From Pseudomonadota bacterium (GTDB lineage: Bacteria; Pseudomonadota; Gammaproteobacteria; Steroidobacterales; Rariloculaceae), in assembly GCA_036337035.1 (NCBI GenBank), contig JAYZFC010000008.1, positions 3,213 through 67,212 of the forward strand: a stretch of DNA of 64,000 bases, written 5' to 3'. The position numbers were made by a program, and so were the translations under genes. The notes beneath the pieces are model-generated. The model was not told the origin of the DNA. It made no database searches and saw only the letters and a program-made list of their open reading frames with translations. This document shows, piece by piece, positions 52,337-62,110 of this stretch. How positions within the stretch are numbered: the stretch's first letter is position 1; each line of letters opens with the position of its first letter.

Positions 52337-53203
52337 TTACTGGGAAGCCTGTGCCATAACCTCCGCTACAAAATCTTCCTGTTTCTTAGTAATACCTTCA
52401 CCGAGCTCATAACGAATAAAACTAATCACTTCAATAGACGATGAAGATAATAAGCTACCTACAGTAATGTCGGTATCTTTTATAAAGCTTTGGCCAACTA
52501 GAGTAATCTCAGACAAATGCTTACGAAGCCTGCCATCAACCATTTTTTCTACAATATCCTCTGACTTACCCTCTTGTAACGCTTGAGCTACTAGAATTTC
52601 TCGTTCTTTATTAAGCTCGACTTCTGGGATATCATCTATATCAATATATTGGGGAGCTGAAGCAGCTATCTGCATAGAAATATCATTCGCTATAGTTTGA
52701 TTGTCACCCTTAATTTCAACCATAACTCCTATACGCCCCATGTGAGAATACTGCGATACCATATTCTTGGTTCTTAAAAGGGAAAACCTTCTAACTGAGA
52801 TATTTTCACCAACTTTCGATACTAGTTCTTTTCTAATTTCTTCTAAACTAGAGCCATTAACCTCTATTTTCATTAGATCCTCAATATTTTTTGGCTGATG
52901 CTCAAGAATTAACTGGACAACTAAATCAGAAAAATGAGTGAAATTCTGATCCTTAGCAACAAAATCAGTCTCAGAATTTACTTCTATTATTGCATATAGA
53001 TCATCAAGTTCTTTTAAAACAATTATTCCTTCAGCTGCAATTCTTGATGATTTTTTATCAGCCTTAGCTTGTCCTGCCTTTCTTAAAAACTCTACTGCCT
53101 TATCAAGATCACCATCAGTCTCTAGAAGTGCCTTCTTGCAATCCATCATTCCTACTCCTGTTCTTTCTCGGAGTTCTTTAACTACTTTAGCCTCTATCGT
53201 CAT
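52337..53203 (-). CDS. tsf: translation elongation factor Ts
   Basis: 288 aa. N-terminal UBA-like [19 protein letters not shown]. Confidence 0.95.
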   Translation of the reverse strand: MTIEAKVVKELRERTGVGMMDCKKALLETDGDLDKAVEFLRKAGQAKADKKSSRIAAEGIIVLKELDDLYAIIEVNSETDFVAKDQNFTHFSDLVVQLILEHQPKNIEDLMKIEVNGSSLEEIRKELVSKVGENISVRRFSLLRTKNMVSQYSHMGRIGVMVEIKGDNQTIANDISMQIAASAPQYIDIDDIPEVELNKEREILVAQALQEGKSEDIVEKMVDGRLRKHLSEITLVGQSFIKDTDITVGSLLSSSSIEVISFIRYELGEGITKKQEDFVAEVMAQASQ

Positions 53204-53241
53204 TTTAATACCCTTTATAGTAAAAAATATCTATCAAAAAC

Positions 53242-54177
53242 CTAAACTTCAGTATCATTGATAGCTGTATCCTTCTTAGTAGCTGTTTTTTTAGTAGCTG
53301 CTTTTTTAGTAGCTGTTTTTTTAGTAGCTGTTTTTTTAGTAGCTGTTTTTTTAGTAGCTGTTTTTTTAGTAGCTGTTTTTTTAGTAACTTTTATTTTAGT
53401 AGCTGTTTTTTTAACTAAAGCATTATCTTGTGATTTGGGTCTACCTTGGCCATCCAATTCAACAAACTCATCATCACCTTCTGGAATAACTGGTATAGAT
53501 TTTTTACCCTCCAATATTGCATCAGCTATCTGCTTAACATAAAGCTCAATGGATTTCATAGCGTCATCGTTTCCAGGAATTAAATAATCCACTCCATCAG
53601 GGGAACAATTAGTATCAACTACTGCAACAACTGGGATATTAAGTTTAATAGCCTCCTTTATAGCGATAGATTCATAGCCAACATCAATGACAAAAATAGC
53701 ATCAGGCAGCTTAACCATGTCCTTAATTCCACCAAGATTTTTTTCTAATTTTTCTCTCTCTCTGTTAAGTTGAAGAACTTCTTTCTTTGTAAAGTCAGCT
53801 GAGCTTTCATCAGCAATAATCTCTTCTATGCTTGAAAGTCTTTTTATAGACTGCTGTATAGTTTTAAAATTAGTAAGCATTCCTCCAAGCCACCTATTAT
53901 TAACATAAGGCATAGAGCAACGCGATGCTTCTTCTCTAATTGCTTTTCTAGCTGATCGCTTAGAACCGACAAAAAGAACTTGGCCGCCATTAGATGCTAA
54001 GTCAAAAATATACTTTTCAGCTGCAATAAATAATGGAAGAGTTTTCTCAAGATTTATTATATGAATTTTATTTCTTTGTCCAAAAATATATGGTGACATT
54101 TTTGGATTCCAGAAACGAGTTTGATGGCCAAAATGAACGCCAGCCTCAAGCATTTGGCGCATAGTTAAATCTGTCAT
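53242..54177 (-). CDS. rpsB: 30S ribosomal protein S2 with a C-terminal Lys-rich (KKTAT)n extension
   Basis: The ORF track extends to 54249. E. coli S2 begins [27 protein letters not shown], which aligns to [27 protein letters not shown], so the start is the ATG at 54177 (Met25 of the track ORF). The C-terminus carries about 60 extra residues containing tandem KKTAT units. Confidence 0.93.
   Translation of the reverse strand: MTDLTMRQMLEAGVHFGHQTRFWNPKMSPYIFGQRNKIHIINLEKTLPLFIAAEKYIFDLASNGGQVLFVGSKRSARKAIREEASRCSMPYVNNRWLGGMLTNFKTIQQSIKRLSSIEEIIADESSADFTKKEVLQLNREREKLEKNLGGIKDMVKLPDAIFVIDVGYESIAIKEAIKLNIPVVAVVDTNCSPDGVDYLIPGNDDAMKSIELYVKQIADAILEGKKSIPVIPEGDDEFVELDGQGRPKSQDNALVKKTATKIKVTKKTATKKTATKKTATKKTATKKTATKKAATKKTATKKDTAINDTEV
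53266..53415 (-). repeat. 15-nt in-frame tandem repeat (plus-strand unit AGCTGTTTTTTTAGT; encodes T-K-K-T-A), about 9-10 units
   Basis: Read directly: five consecutive identical units span 53311..53385. Near-identical units lie at 53281, 53296 (one substitution, giving KKAAT) and 53401. Degenerate units lie at 53386 and 53266. All are inside the 3' end of rpsB. Confidence 0.95.
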
Positions 54178-54295
54178 CTCTTTAGATTCTCCAATTTGGG
54201 TTATTCCTCCATACACCCTTTCCAAATAACTATTCCTTAAGAAAAGCACCCATTTGAAAGTTAATGGTATATATCCGTATTTACCTGCGGCGGTT

Positions 54296-54306
54296 TTTAT
54301 ACCATA
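54296..54306 (-). promoter_or_regulatory. candidate extended -10 promoter element of rpsB (TATGGTATAAA)
   Basis: The minus-strand sequence TATGGTATAAA lies about 120 nt upstream of the rpsB ATG. It closely resembles the E. coli rpsB extended -10 element (TGTGGTATAAA, recalled from the literature and not verified here). This implies a 5' leader of about 110 nt. Confidence 0.4.
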
Positions 54307-54397
54307 GGTAGATAACTACAACAATATAAATTACGAAAATTTATTGGTTTTTTTGTTTATAATAAAGATCTTAGGAGAATTTAATCAATTTAATGAA

Positions 54398-55159
54398 ATG
54401 AACATTACAATTAAATCTGCATCAGAACAAGAAAAAATGCGGCTGGCCGGTCGTTTAGCTGCTAGCGTACTTGATATGATAGGTGAATTTGTAACTCCCG
54501 GAATGACAACTGAAGAGTTAGATAATATCTGTCATAGCTATATTGTAGATAATTTAAGCGCAATACCCGCTCCACTTAATTATAAGGGATTTCCTAAATC
54601 AATCTGCACCTCTGTAAATCATGTGGTATGTCATGGCATACCTGGAAAAAAAATTTTAAAAAATGGCGACTTTCTTAATATCGACATAACTGTGATTAAA
54701 GATGGCTATCATGGAGATACAAGTAGAATGTTTTTTGTTGGAAAACCGAAAGTTTTAGCAAAAAGACTTTCTGATGTTTCCTACAATGCAATGTGGTTAG
54801 GAATAAAAGAGATAAAACCAGGAGCTCAAATTGGGAATATTGGATATGCAATACAAAAATATGTTCAGGAAAATAGATTCTCAATTGTAAGAGAATATTG
54901 TGGACATGGAATTGGCAAGGCTTTTCATGAAGACCCGCAAATACTTCACTATGGCAACCAAGGTGAAGGTATAACGCTTCAAGAAGGTATGACAATTACT
55001 GTTGAACCAATGATAAACTCTGGGAAATCAGATGTTAAATTATTAAATGATGGTTGGACAGTTGTTACTAAAGACCACTCTTTATCTGCTCAATGGGAAC
55101 ACACAATATTAGTTACAAAAGATGGTTATGAAGTGCTAACTTTAAACGATAATATATGA
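54398..55159 (+). CDS. map: methionine aminopeptidase type I
   Basis: The ORF track starts at a TTG at 54344. E. coli Map begins MAISIKTPEDIEKMRVAGRLAA, which aligns to MNITIKSASEQEKMRLAGRLAA, so the start is the ATG at 54398. Metal-ligand contexts are DITVIKDGYHGD, CGHGIG and TVEPM. Confidence 0.93.
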   Translation: MNITIKSASEQEKMRLAGRLAASVLDMIGEFVTPGMTTEELDNICHSYIVDNLSAIPAPLNYKGFPKSICTSVNHVVCHGIPGKKILKNGDFLNIDITVIKDGYHGDTSRMFFVGKPKVLAKRLSDVSYNAMWLGIKEIKPGAQIGNIGYAIQKYVQENRFSIVREYCGHGIGKAFHEDPQILHYGNQGEGITLQEGMTITVEPMINSGKSDVKLLNDGWTVVTKDHSLSAQWEHTILVTKDGYEVLTLNDNI

Positions 55160-57795
55160 TGCTGAAATCACAAATAAAAAAAATAAATCCTGAAATAAGT
55201 AGTAACGATAGAATTTGTATATTCAAGAATAGACTAACAGACCTAAAAAACAATCTAGAAAAGAAATTTTTAGGTAAATTAAACATAGAAAATATTATTA
55301 AAAAAAGATCTATAGAAATAGACTTGATTATAAGTGACGCCTTTAAAATATTCCTTAGTGAATTTACAGATAAAATATCATTAATATCAGTAGGTGGATA
55401 TGGGAGAAGTGAGTTGCACCCATGCTCCGACATAGACCTACTGATAATTACTAATAATAAAAGAAATAATCAAATTAATAAGTCTATTACTAAATTTATT
55501 ACTTTTCTATGGGATATAGGCTTGGATGTAGGACACTCTGTCAGAACAAATAAAGAAAATATTCAACTAGCAAGAAAAGATCAGACAATTTATACAACTA
55601 TAATAGAAAATAGGTATCTTTGTGGCTCAAAAAAACTATATAAAGATTTTAAAGACAGCATATTCCTAGATAACCTATGGGAAATAAAGAGCTACTTTAA
55701 CAATAAAGTTAAAGAACAGCGATTAAGGCATGCTAGATATGATGATACTGCGTACAAACTAGAGCCAAATTTAAAAGGTAGCCCTGGTGGTCTAAGAGAT
55801 ATTCATGTATTTTTTTGGATTGCTAAAAAATATCTAAAAAATAATAATGTAGATGCTGTAATTAAATCTAACCTTATAAGCAAAATACAATACAAAGAAC
55901 TTATGAAATCTAGGTCACTATTATGGAAAATGAGATTTGGACTTCACATGATTACAAATAGATCAGAAGATAGATTACTATTTAACCACCAAATAAAATT
56001 AGCTAAATTACTTGGCTATAAAAAAACAAAACATAAATTAGCTATAGAAATTTTAATGCAGGATTATTACAGAGCTGTAATGGAAATAAATAATACTTCT
56101 GAAGTACTAATGCAAATTTTAGAAGAAAAAATATTTAATAAAGATGATAAAATTATAGAAAATATAGATGACGATTTCAGAATAATAAATGGCTATATTG
56201 AAGCAAAAAAAGAAAATATCTTTTCTATTAATACCTCTAATCTCTTAAAGGTTTTTCTATTATTAACCAAAAATCCAAAATCGAAAGGTATTGGTGCTAA
56301 AACAATTACACTAATAAAGAGAAATAGACACCTTATAAATAAATCTTTTATAAATAATAAAATAAATCAGAATATCTTTCTTGATATATTAAAAGCACCT
56401 AAAGGTGTAACTATAGCTCTAAGAAAAATGAATACTTATGGGATCTTAGGTCTATATATACCTTCGTTTGGAAAAATAGTAGGTCATATGCAATATGATC
56501 TATTTCATACCTATACAGTAGATGCTCATACTTTATTTGTTGTTGAAAATCTTAGAGAAGTTTCTTTAACTGAAAATAATCATAAAAACTTAAAATCAAG
56601 TACAATAATGCAATCTCTTGATAAGCCCTATATAGCATATTTAGCTGCAATTTTTCATGACATAGCTAAGGGAAGAGGGGGTGACCATTCTGAGCTAGGC
56701 TCAATAGAAGCTGAACAATTTTGTCTAAATCATGGTCTAAGCACTTATGACTCAAGATTAGTTGGCTGGTTAGTAAAAAATCACCTTCTATTATCAGTTA
56801 CAGCTCAAAAAAAAGATTTAAATGATCCAGAAGTTATTAGAGAATTCATAACAGTAGTGGGTGATCAAATTCATCTTGATTATCTTTATGTCCTAACTGT
56901 TGCCGATGTCAAAGCAACTAATCCTAAAACGTGGAACTCATGGAAAGCAGCCCTATTCTGGGAGCTTTATCTGATATCCAAAAGTGCTTTAATGAGAGGA
57001 AAGACTAATCTAATTGATTCAGAAGAGCTAATTAAGGAAAAACTATCTAAAGTAGAAGAAATATTAGAAATTGATTCACTAGAACCAGATAATAGCTTAA
57101 TAAAGAAATTTGATATATGGAAAGATTTCACAGAAGAATATTTTTTAAGGCATAAACCTAATGAGATTGCATGGCATACTAGAGTGCTTTCGACAAATAA
57201 TAGTAATGTTATTTTAAATATTAATAATAATTTAGTATCCGGCCTTTCTGCATTAATGATATTAGCACCATATAAAATTCGATCATTTATTAGGGCAACA
57301 GCCGCTTTAGACAAGTTAGGGATATCTATTGTTGATGCTAGAATAGTATTATTATCAAAAAAAGATCAGGTATTGCATACTTATTTTATTCTTAATTCTG
57401 AAGGAAAAATGATATCAGATAAAGCTTTTACAGAGCAGATACTATTTAACCTGTCTCAAGACCTAAATAAAAAATCATATGATAATATTAAAATAAATAG
57501 AAAAGCCTCTAGACAAGTTCGTGTTTTTTCAACGCCTACCAAAATAAATTTATCAAAAGATTCTGGAAATAATAGAACAGTTCTTGAATTAATAGCTCAG
57601 GATCAACCTGGTTTATTAGCTAAACTAGGTAAAGTTTTTTTTGACCTGAATATTAGATTACAAAATGCTAAAATATCTACAATTGGAGAAAGGGCCGAGG
57701 ATGTCTTTTTTATTACTAATGCAAAAAATCAAGCTTTAGGATTAAATGCTTGTGATAAATTATCTAGATCCATAAAGAAAAATCTATCTAATTAA
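55156..57795 (+). CDS. glnD: bifunctional [protein-PII] uridylyltransferase/uridylyl-removing enzyme GlnD
   Basis: 879 aa. Nucleotidyltransferase motif VGGYGRSELHPCSDIDLL, an HD domain (FHDIAKG) and two C-terminal ACT-length domains. ATGA overlap with the map stop. Confidence 0.92.
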   Translation: MMLKSQIKKINPEISSNDRICIFKNRLTDLKNNLEKKFLGKLNIENIIKKRSIEIDLIISDAFKIFLSEFTDKISLISVGGYGRSELHPCSDIDLLIITNNKRNNQINKSITKFITFLWDIGLDVGHSVRTNKENIQLARKDQTIYTTIIENRYLCGSKKLYKDFKDSIFLDNLWEIKSYFNNKVKEQRLRHARYDDTAYKLEPNLKGSPGGLRDIHVFFWIAKKYLKNNNVDAVIKSNLISKIQYKELMKSRSLLWKMRFGLHMITNRSEDRLLFNHQIKLAKLLGYKKTKHKLAIEILMQDYYRAVMEINNTSEVLMQILEEKIFNKDDKIIENIDDDFRIINGYIEAKKENIFSINTSNLLKVFLLLTKNPKSKGIGAKTITLIKRNRHLINKSFINNKINQNIFLDILKAPKGVTIALRKMNTYGILGLYIPSFGKIVGHMQYDLFHTYTVDAHTLFVVENLREVSLTENNHKNLKSSTIMQSLDKPYIAYLAAIFHDIAKGRGGDHSELGSIEAEQFCLNHGLSTYDSRLVGWLVKNHLLLSVTAQKKDLNDPEVIREFITVVGDQIHLDYLYVLTVADVKATNPKTWNSWKAALFWELYLISKSALMRGKTNLIDSEELIKEKLSKVEEILEIDSLEPDNSLIKKFDIWKDFTEEYFLRHKPNEIAWHTRVLSTNNSNVILNINNNLVSGLSALMILAPYKIRSFIRATAALDKLGISIVDARIVLLSKKDQVLHTYFILNSEGKMISDKAFTEQILFNLSQDLNKKSYDNIKINRKASRQVRVFSTPTKINLSKDSGNNRTVLELIAQDQPGLLAKLGKVFFDLNIRLQNAKISTIGERAEDVFFITNAKNQALGLNACDKLSRSIKKNLSN

Positions 57796-57810
57796 AAATA
57801 AGGAATATAA

Positions 57811-58635
57811 ATGTCTACTCAAAAAGAAATTATTGAAAATGCATGGAATAACAAAGAAAATTTAGTTGAAGGAAGTTACCATGATGATCTTGTGAGCGCA
57901 ATTGAACAAACAATACTTGATCTTGATTCAGGAGAATTAAGAGTTGCTTATAAAGACTTAGACTCAAATAGTTGGGTTGTTAACGAATGGGCTAAAAAAG
58001 CTGTTTTATTATCCTTTAAGATCAATTCAAATTACGTACTTAAGGGACCGTATGGATCCTGGTACGATAAAGTTGATGGTAAAACTGCTGGATGGGATGA
58101 GAATAAATGGATGAGCTCAGGCTTTAGATTAGTTCCAAATGGTGTTGTTAGAAAGGGTTCATTTATTGCAAAAAAAGTAGTTGTAATGCCCTCTTTCGTA
58201 AATATAGGTGCCTATATTGATGAAGGAGCAATGATTGATACCTGGGCGACAGTTGGCTCATGTGCACAAATAGGAAAAAATGTTCATTTGTCTGGTGGTG
58301 CTGGTATTGGAGGTGTCCTTGAACCTTTGCAAGCCTCTCCTACAATCATAGAGGATAATTGCTTTATTGGTGCAAGATCAGAAATAGTTGAAGGAGTGAT
58401 TGTAGAAAAGGGAAGCGTAATATCAATGGGGGTATATATAGGTCAAAGTACAAAAATCTATGATAGAGAAACTGGAAACATAATATATGGCCGAGTTCCT
58501 GCTGGATCGGTTGTGGTATCAGGTAGCCTACCTTCAGAAGATAAAAGCTATAATCTTTATTGTGCAGTTATCGTTAAAAAAGTAGATGAAAAAACTAGGG
58601 CTAAAACAAGTCTGAATGAACTACTGAGAACCTAG
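57811..58635 (+). CDS. dapD: 2,3,4,5-tetrahydropyridine-2,6-dicarboxylate N-succinyltransferase
   Basis: 274 aa with hexapeptide repeats in the C-terminal half. dapD-glnD-map adjacency as in E. coli. Confidence 0.92.
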   Translation: MSTQKEIIENAWNNKENLVEGSYHDDLVSAIEQTILDLDSGELRVAYKDLDSNSWVVNEWAKKAVLLSFKINSNYVLKGPYGSWYDKVDGKTAGWDENKWMSSGFRLVPNGVVRKGSFIAKKVVVMPSFVNIGAYIDEGAMIDTWATVGSCAQIGKNVHLSGGAGIGGVLEPLQASPTIIEDNCFIGARSEIVEGVIVEKGSVISMGVYIGQSTKIYDRETGNIIYGRVPAGSVVVSGSLPSEDKSYNLYCAVIVKKVDEKTRAKTSLNELLRT

Positions 58636-58646
58636 ATCACTTCATC

Positions 58647-59879
58647 TTAATAACGAAAACTAAAATCTATCATTAACCTGTTATAGTCACGCTTGTTGCC
58701 TACCGCAAAGCCTCTTTCATTAATAAAATAATTAAGGCCGAGGTTCCAGCCTCTTGGTAAAATATAGCTTCCTCTAATGTTGTGGCCTCTACCATCTGTT
58801 GATCCACCGGCCCAGTCTGAATCAGAAAATACACCTAAAACTGCATCTGCTTCCAAATCTTGATAAGTGTAGGCCATATCCCAAGTGCCTGGTGCTGAAG
58901 CATCTCTATAACTAAATCCAGTTGCATAGCCAGTATCAAATTTATCTACTTCTGTGTTAGTAACATAATCAAAAAATATCGTTATAGGATGAGCGCCTAA
59001 ATTGAAACTCAACTCATTAAAAAACTCAATTTCTCTATAATCATTAGCATATTCTCCTCCTTCCATTTCTCCAAATTTACAAGGGGCTCTTTCGCCACCT
59101 TCAGTTTCAAGTGGTAAAAGTGTATTACCAGCACCTGATTCAAAAAAAATAGGGCAGCTATTTTTGATGCCATCATAATTGTAATAACTAATACCAGTTA
59201 TAAAGTCTATTTCATTAGCAAATTGATATTGATAACCTAGCTGAGCGCCAAACATACTTATATCAGTAGCTTTAGACCTTTCTTCGATTTGGAATAAACC
59301 AAAATTTCCAAAAAAACTATCTGAATCATATTTAAAAGCAAATCCCTCCGGCTTAAGATCATTGTCGAATATAAGATAGTGACCTCCTGGCCTAAAAAAA
59401 GGGTTAGAGACCTTGCCTCCTCTTATGCTAAGAGCATTATTTATATCAAAGTCAAAATATGCATAATCAATAGTAACCGTCTTTCTTGTAAATCCACCAT
59501 CTAAGGTTTGATTGCCAGAAACTGGATTACCACCACCAGTTGTTAGACCAAAGCCTAACTCTAAATCCTCAGAAGGCTGGCTTTTGATTCCAACTCTTGC
59601 GCGTATTCTTTGACGATCTCTTTGAATAGATTCAGCAGCATCAATAGACTCAAATCGATATCTGAAATCGCCCGCTAATGATGTCTTTTCTATCCATGAA
59701 GGTAAATTATTATTATTTTTTTGCTCTAATATTTGAGCCTGATCTTTTTCAAGTTCATTAATCTTATTCATAAGAACCTGAACTTGATCTTTTAGAGAGT
59801 TAATTTCACTATCTAAGGTTTGTGAAAAGGCATAAGAGTTAAAAAATATGAAAAATAAGGCTAAAAAAATACATTTCAT
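58647..59879 (-). CDS. predicted outer-membrane porin with N-terminal coiled coil
   Basis: 410 aa. Signal peptide MKCIFLALFFIFFNSYAFSQ, then a heptad-like segment (LDSEINSLKDQVQVLMNKINELEKDQAQILEQ), then alternating amphipathic beta-strand patterns ending DFSFRY. Same strand as pstB and 105 nt downstream of it. GAAAGGAAG lies 5 nt upstream of the ATG as a ribosome-binding site. Confidence 0.7.
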   Translation of the reverse strand: MKCIFLALFFIFFNSYAFSQTLDSEINSLKDQVQVLMNKINELEKDQAQILEQKNNNNLPSWIEKTSLAGDFRYRFESIDAAESIQRDRQRIRARVGIKSQPSEDLELGFGLTTGGGNPVSGNQTLDGGFTRKTVTIDYAYFDFDINNALSIRGGKVSNPFFRPGGHYLIFDNDLKPEGFAFKYDSDSFFGNFGLFQIEERSKATDISMFGAQLGYQYQFANEIDFITGISYYNYDGIKNSCPIFFESGAGNTLLPLETEGGERAPCKFGEMEGGEYANDYREIEFFNELSFNLGAHPITIFFDYVTNTEVDKFDTGYATGFSYRDASAPGTWDMAYTYQDLEADAVLGVFSDSDWAGGSTDGRGHNIRGSYILPRGWNLGLNYFINERGFAVGNKRDYNRLMIDFSFRY

Positions 59880-59984
59880 GAAAGCTTCCTTTCAATTATC
59901 ATCATAAGGCTAAAATATAATATATAAATATTACAATTTTATTAAAATATTTCAGAAAGTTTGATTAAAATTATTTAACTAATC

Positions 59985-60788
59985 TTAGCCAAATCTTCCA
60001 GTAATATAATCTTCTGTAATCCTATGAGACGGATTAGTAAATATAGTTTCAGTTGGACCAACTTCTATTAACTGACCTAAGTGAAAATAAGCTGTTCTTT
60101 GGGAAACTCTTGCTGCCTGCTGCATTGAATGGGTAACAATAGCAATAGCATATTTATTTTTTAATTCATCAATTAGATCTTCAATTTTAGCGGTAGCAAT
60201 AGGATCTAAAGCAGAACAAGGTTCATCCATAAGAATAACTTCTGGATCAACGGCAATAGCTCTAGCAATACACAATCGCTGCTGTTGACCTCCAGATAGA
60301 CTGGTGCCGCTCAAAGACAATCGATCTTTTACCTCATTCCATAAGCCAGCTCTAGTTAAACTTTTTTCAACGATCATATCTAAACTAGTCCTATCATGAG
60401 CTAAACCATGAATTTTCGGGCCATAAGCTACATTATCGTAAATAGTTTTTGGAAATGGATTTGGTTTCTGAAAAACAATCCCTACTTTAGCCCTTAGCAT
60501 TACTACATCTACATTTTTATTAAGAATCTCTTCGCCATCTAGTTGGATACTACCAGTAACTTTAGCCGAATCTATCGTGTCATTCATTCGATTTAAACAT
60601 CTAATAAATGTTGACTTACCACAGCCTGAAGGTCCAATTAATGAAATAACTTCATTCGATCCTATATCTAAATTTATATTCTTTATTGCATGAACATCGC
60701 CATAAAAAACATTAAGATCTCTTGCTTTAATGACAGGATCAGATGACTCAATTTTACCAATTGTTTTAAAATCTTTATCTATTTTCAT
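59985..60788 (-). CDS. pstB: phosphate ABC transporter ATP-binding protein
   Basis: 267 aa. Walker [20 protein letters not shown], signature [14 protein letters not shown] and Walker [12 protein letters not shown]. Confidence 0.95.
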   Translation of the reverse strand: MKIDKDFKTIGKIESSDPVIKARDLNVFYGDVHAIKNINLDIGSNEVISLIGPSGCGKSTFIRCLNRMNDTIDSAKVTGSIQLDGEEILNKNVDVVMLRAKVGIVFQKPNPFPKTIYDNVAYGPKIHGLAHDRTSLDMIVEKSLTRAGLWNEVKDRLSLSGTSLSGGQQQRLCIARAIAVDPEVILMDEPCSALDPIATAKIEDLIDELKNKYAIAIVTHSMQQAARVSQRTAYFHLGQLIEVGPTETIFTNPSHRITEDYITGRFG

Positions 60789-60841
60789 CGGGGCAGATCA
60801 AACGAGTAATAAAATGATAAGATAGCAATGATAAAGAAAAC

Positions 60842-62110
60842 TTACCAGCGCTTCTCAAATTTTTTCCTAAAATATATTGCTGATGCATTCATTATAAAAA
60901 GAAATAAAAGTAAGATCATGATAGCTGCAGAGGTTTTTTCGTTAAAGGCTCTTTCTGGGCTGTCAGCCCAAAGATAAACTTGAACTGGCAGAGCAGTTGA
61001 AGGATCTAAAACTGAGCTAGGCTTATCAACAATAAAGGCTACCATTCCAATCATTAATAAAGGTGCTGATTCACCTAAAGCTCTTGCCATTCCAATAATT
61101 GAACCAGTTAACATGCCTGGCAAAGCTAAAGGCAATACATGATGAGATATCATTTGCATTTTAGATGCTCCAACACCTAAAGCAGCATCACGAATAGATG
61201 AAGGTACTGAGGATAACGAGACTCTTGATGAAATAATAATTACTGGCAACGTCATTAAAGATAAAACTAAACCACCTACCAAGGGTGCAGATCTTGGCAA
61301 ATGGAAGAAATTAATAAAAAGCGCTAATCCTAATAATCCATATATAATCGAAGGCACTGCTGCTAAATTACTTATATTTACAGATATAAAATCAGTCCAT
61401 CTACTCTTTGGAGCAAACTCCTCCAAATAGATTGCAGCCGCAATGCCAATTGGAAATGATAAAATAAATGTAATAAATAACATGTAAATCGACCCAAGTG
61501 ATGAGCTAGCAATACCAGCTAATTCTGGATCTCTAGAATCTCCAGAGGTAAAGAAAAGAGTATTAAATTTTAGTTTTATTCTATTTTCATTCTCTAAGTT
61601 TTTAATAAAATTTATTTTATCTTCTGATATAAAGTTATTGCTACTTTCTGACTTATATATCGTATCTACTTCATCATCAGCTAAAATCCAAAAACTACTA
61701 CTATCTGAATACAATGAAGGCGTTTTAATAATTCTACTTTTAAATTCGTAAATACCTCCTGAACTTACTAAAGAATATAGGTTTCTTAATTTTGAGCGTT
61801 CTGATACATCAGGAAAAATCTCTCTCAAGCCATCTCTAATAAGATTTTGATAATTTAATTCATCGTAAAAAGATTCATTAGAAACATCTTCAGAAGTATG
61901 ATTTTTATCTATATCAATAAGAATATAAGTTTGCTGAAAAGCAGGGTAGCCAGTACTAATAATCGTATAAAAGAAAAATAATAAAAAAGAAAATCCAACA
62001 AGCAAAGAAAATATTCCTCCAAGCTTAAACAAAAATTCTGAAGCATATCTCCTTTTCAAATTCTGTCTCAATTTTTTCTCTCTACTACTCATAAATATAT
62101 CTTTATTCAT
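60842..62110 (-). CDS. pstA: phosphate ABC transporter permease PstA (long form)
   Basis: 422 aa. An N-terminal TM segment and a periplasmic insertion of about 150 aa precede the BPD-transporter core (ALGVGASKMQMISHHVLPLALPG). Confidence 0.88.
   Translation of the reverse strand: MNKDIFMSSREKKLRQNLKRRYASEFLFKLGGIFSLLVGFSFLLFFFYTIISTGYPAFQQTYILIDIDKNHTSEDVSNESFYDELNYQNLIRDGLREIFPDVSERSKLRNLYSLVSSGGIYEFKSRIIKTPSLYSDSSSFWILADDEVDTIYKSESSNNFISEDKINFIKNLENENRIKLKFNTLFFTSGDSRDPELAGIASSSLGSIYMLFITFILSFPIGIAAAIYLEEFAPKSRWTDFISVNISNLAAVPSIIYGLLGLALFINFFHLPRSAPLVGGLVLSLMTLPVIIISSRVSLSSVPSSIRDAALGVGASKMQMISHHVLPLALPGMLTGSIIGMARALGESAPLLMIGMVAFIVDKPSSVLDPSTALPVQVYLWADSPERAFNEKTSAAIMILLLFLFIMNASAIYFRKKFEKRW

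Noticed and set aside
53258-53542. 94-aa plus-strand ORF with a striking (VAVFL)n repeat that looks like a repetitive membrane protein.
   Set aside because: It is the antisense reading of the 15-nt tandem repeat. The sense frame is continuous with the conserved S2 core with no intervening stop, so the KKTAT reading as the rpsB tail is the parsimonious interpretation.
54696-55433. Minus-strand ORFs 54696..54995 (99 aa) and 55113..55433 (106 aa).
   Set aside because: They are antisense to map and to the map/glnD junction. No motifs are present, and both overlapped genes are strongly supported.
59880-59984. Searched the pstB-porin spacer for a Pho box (two 7-bp CTGTCAT-like direct repeats at 11-bp spacing).
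   Set aside because: Only weak partial matches appear (CTGAAAT and TTGTAAT) and their spacing is wrong. They cannot be told apart from AT-rich background.
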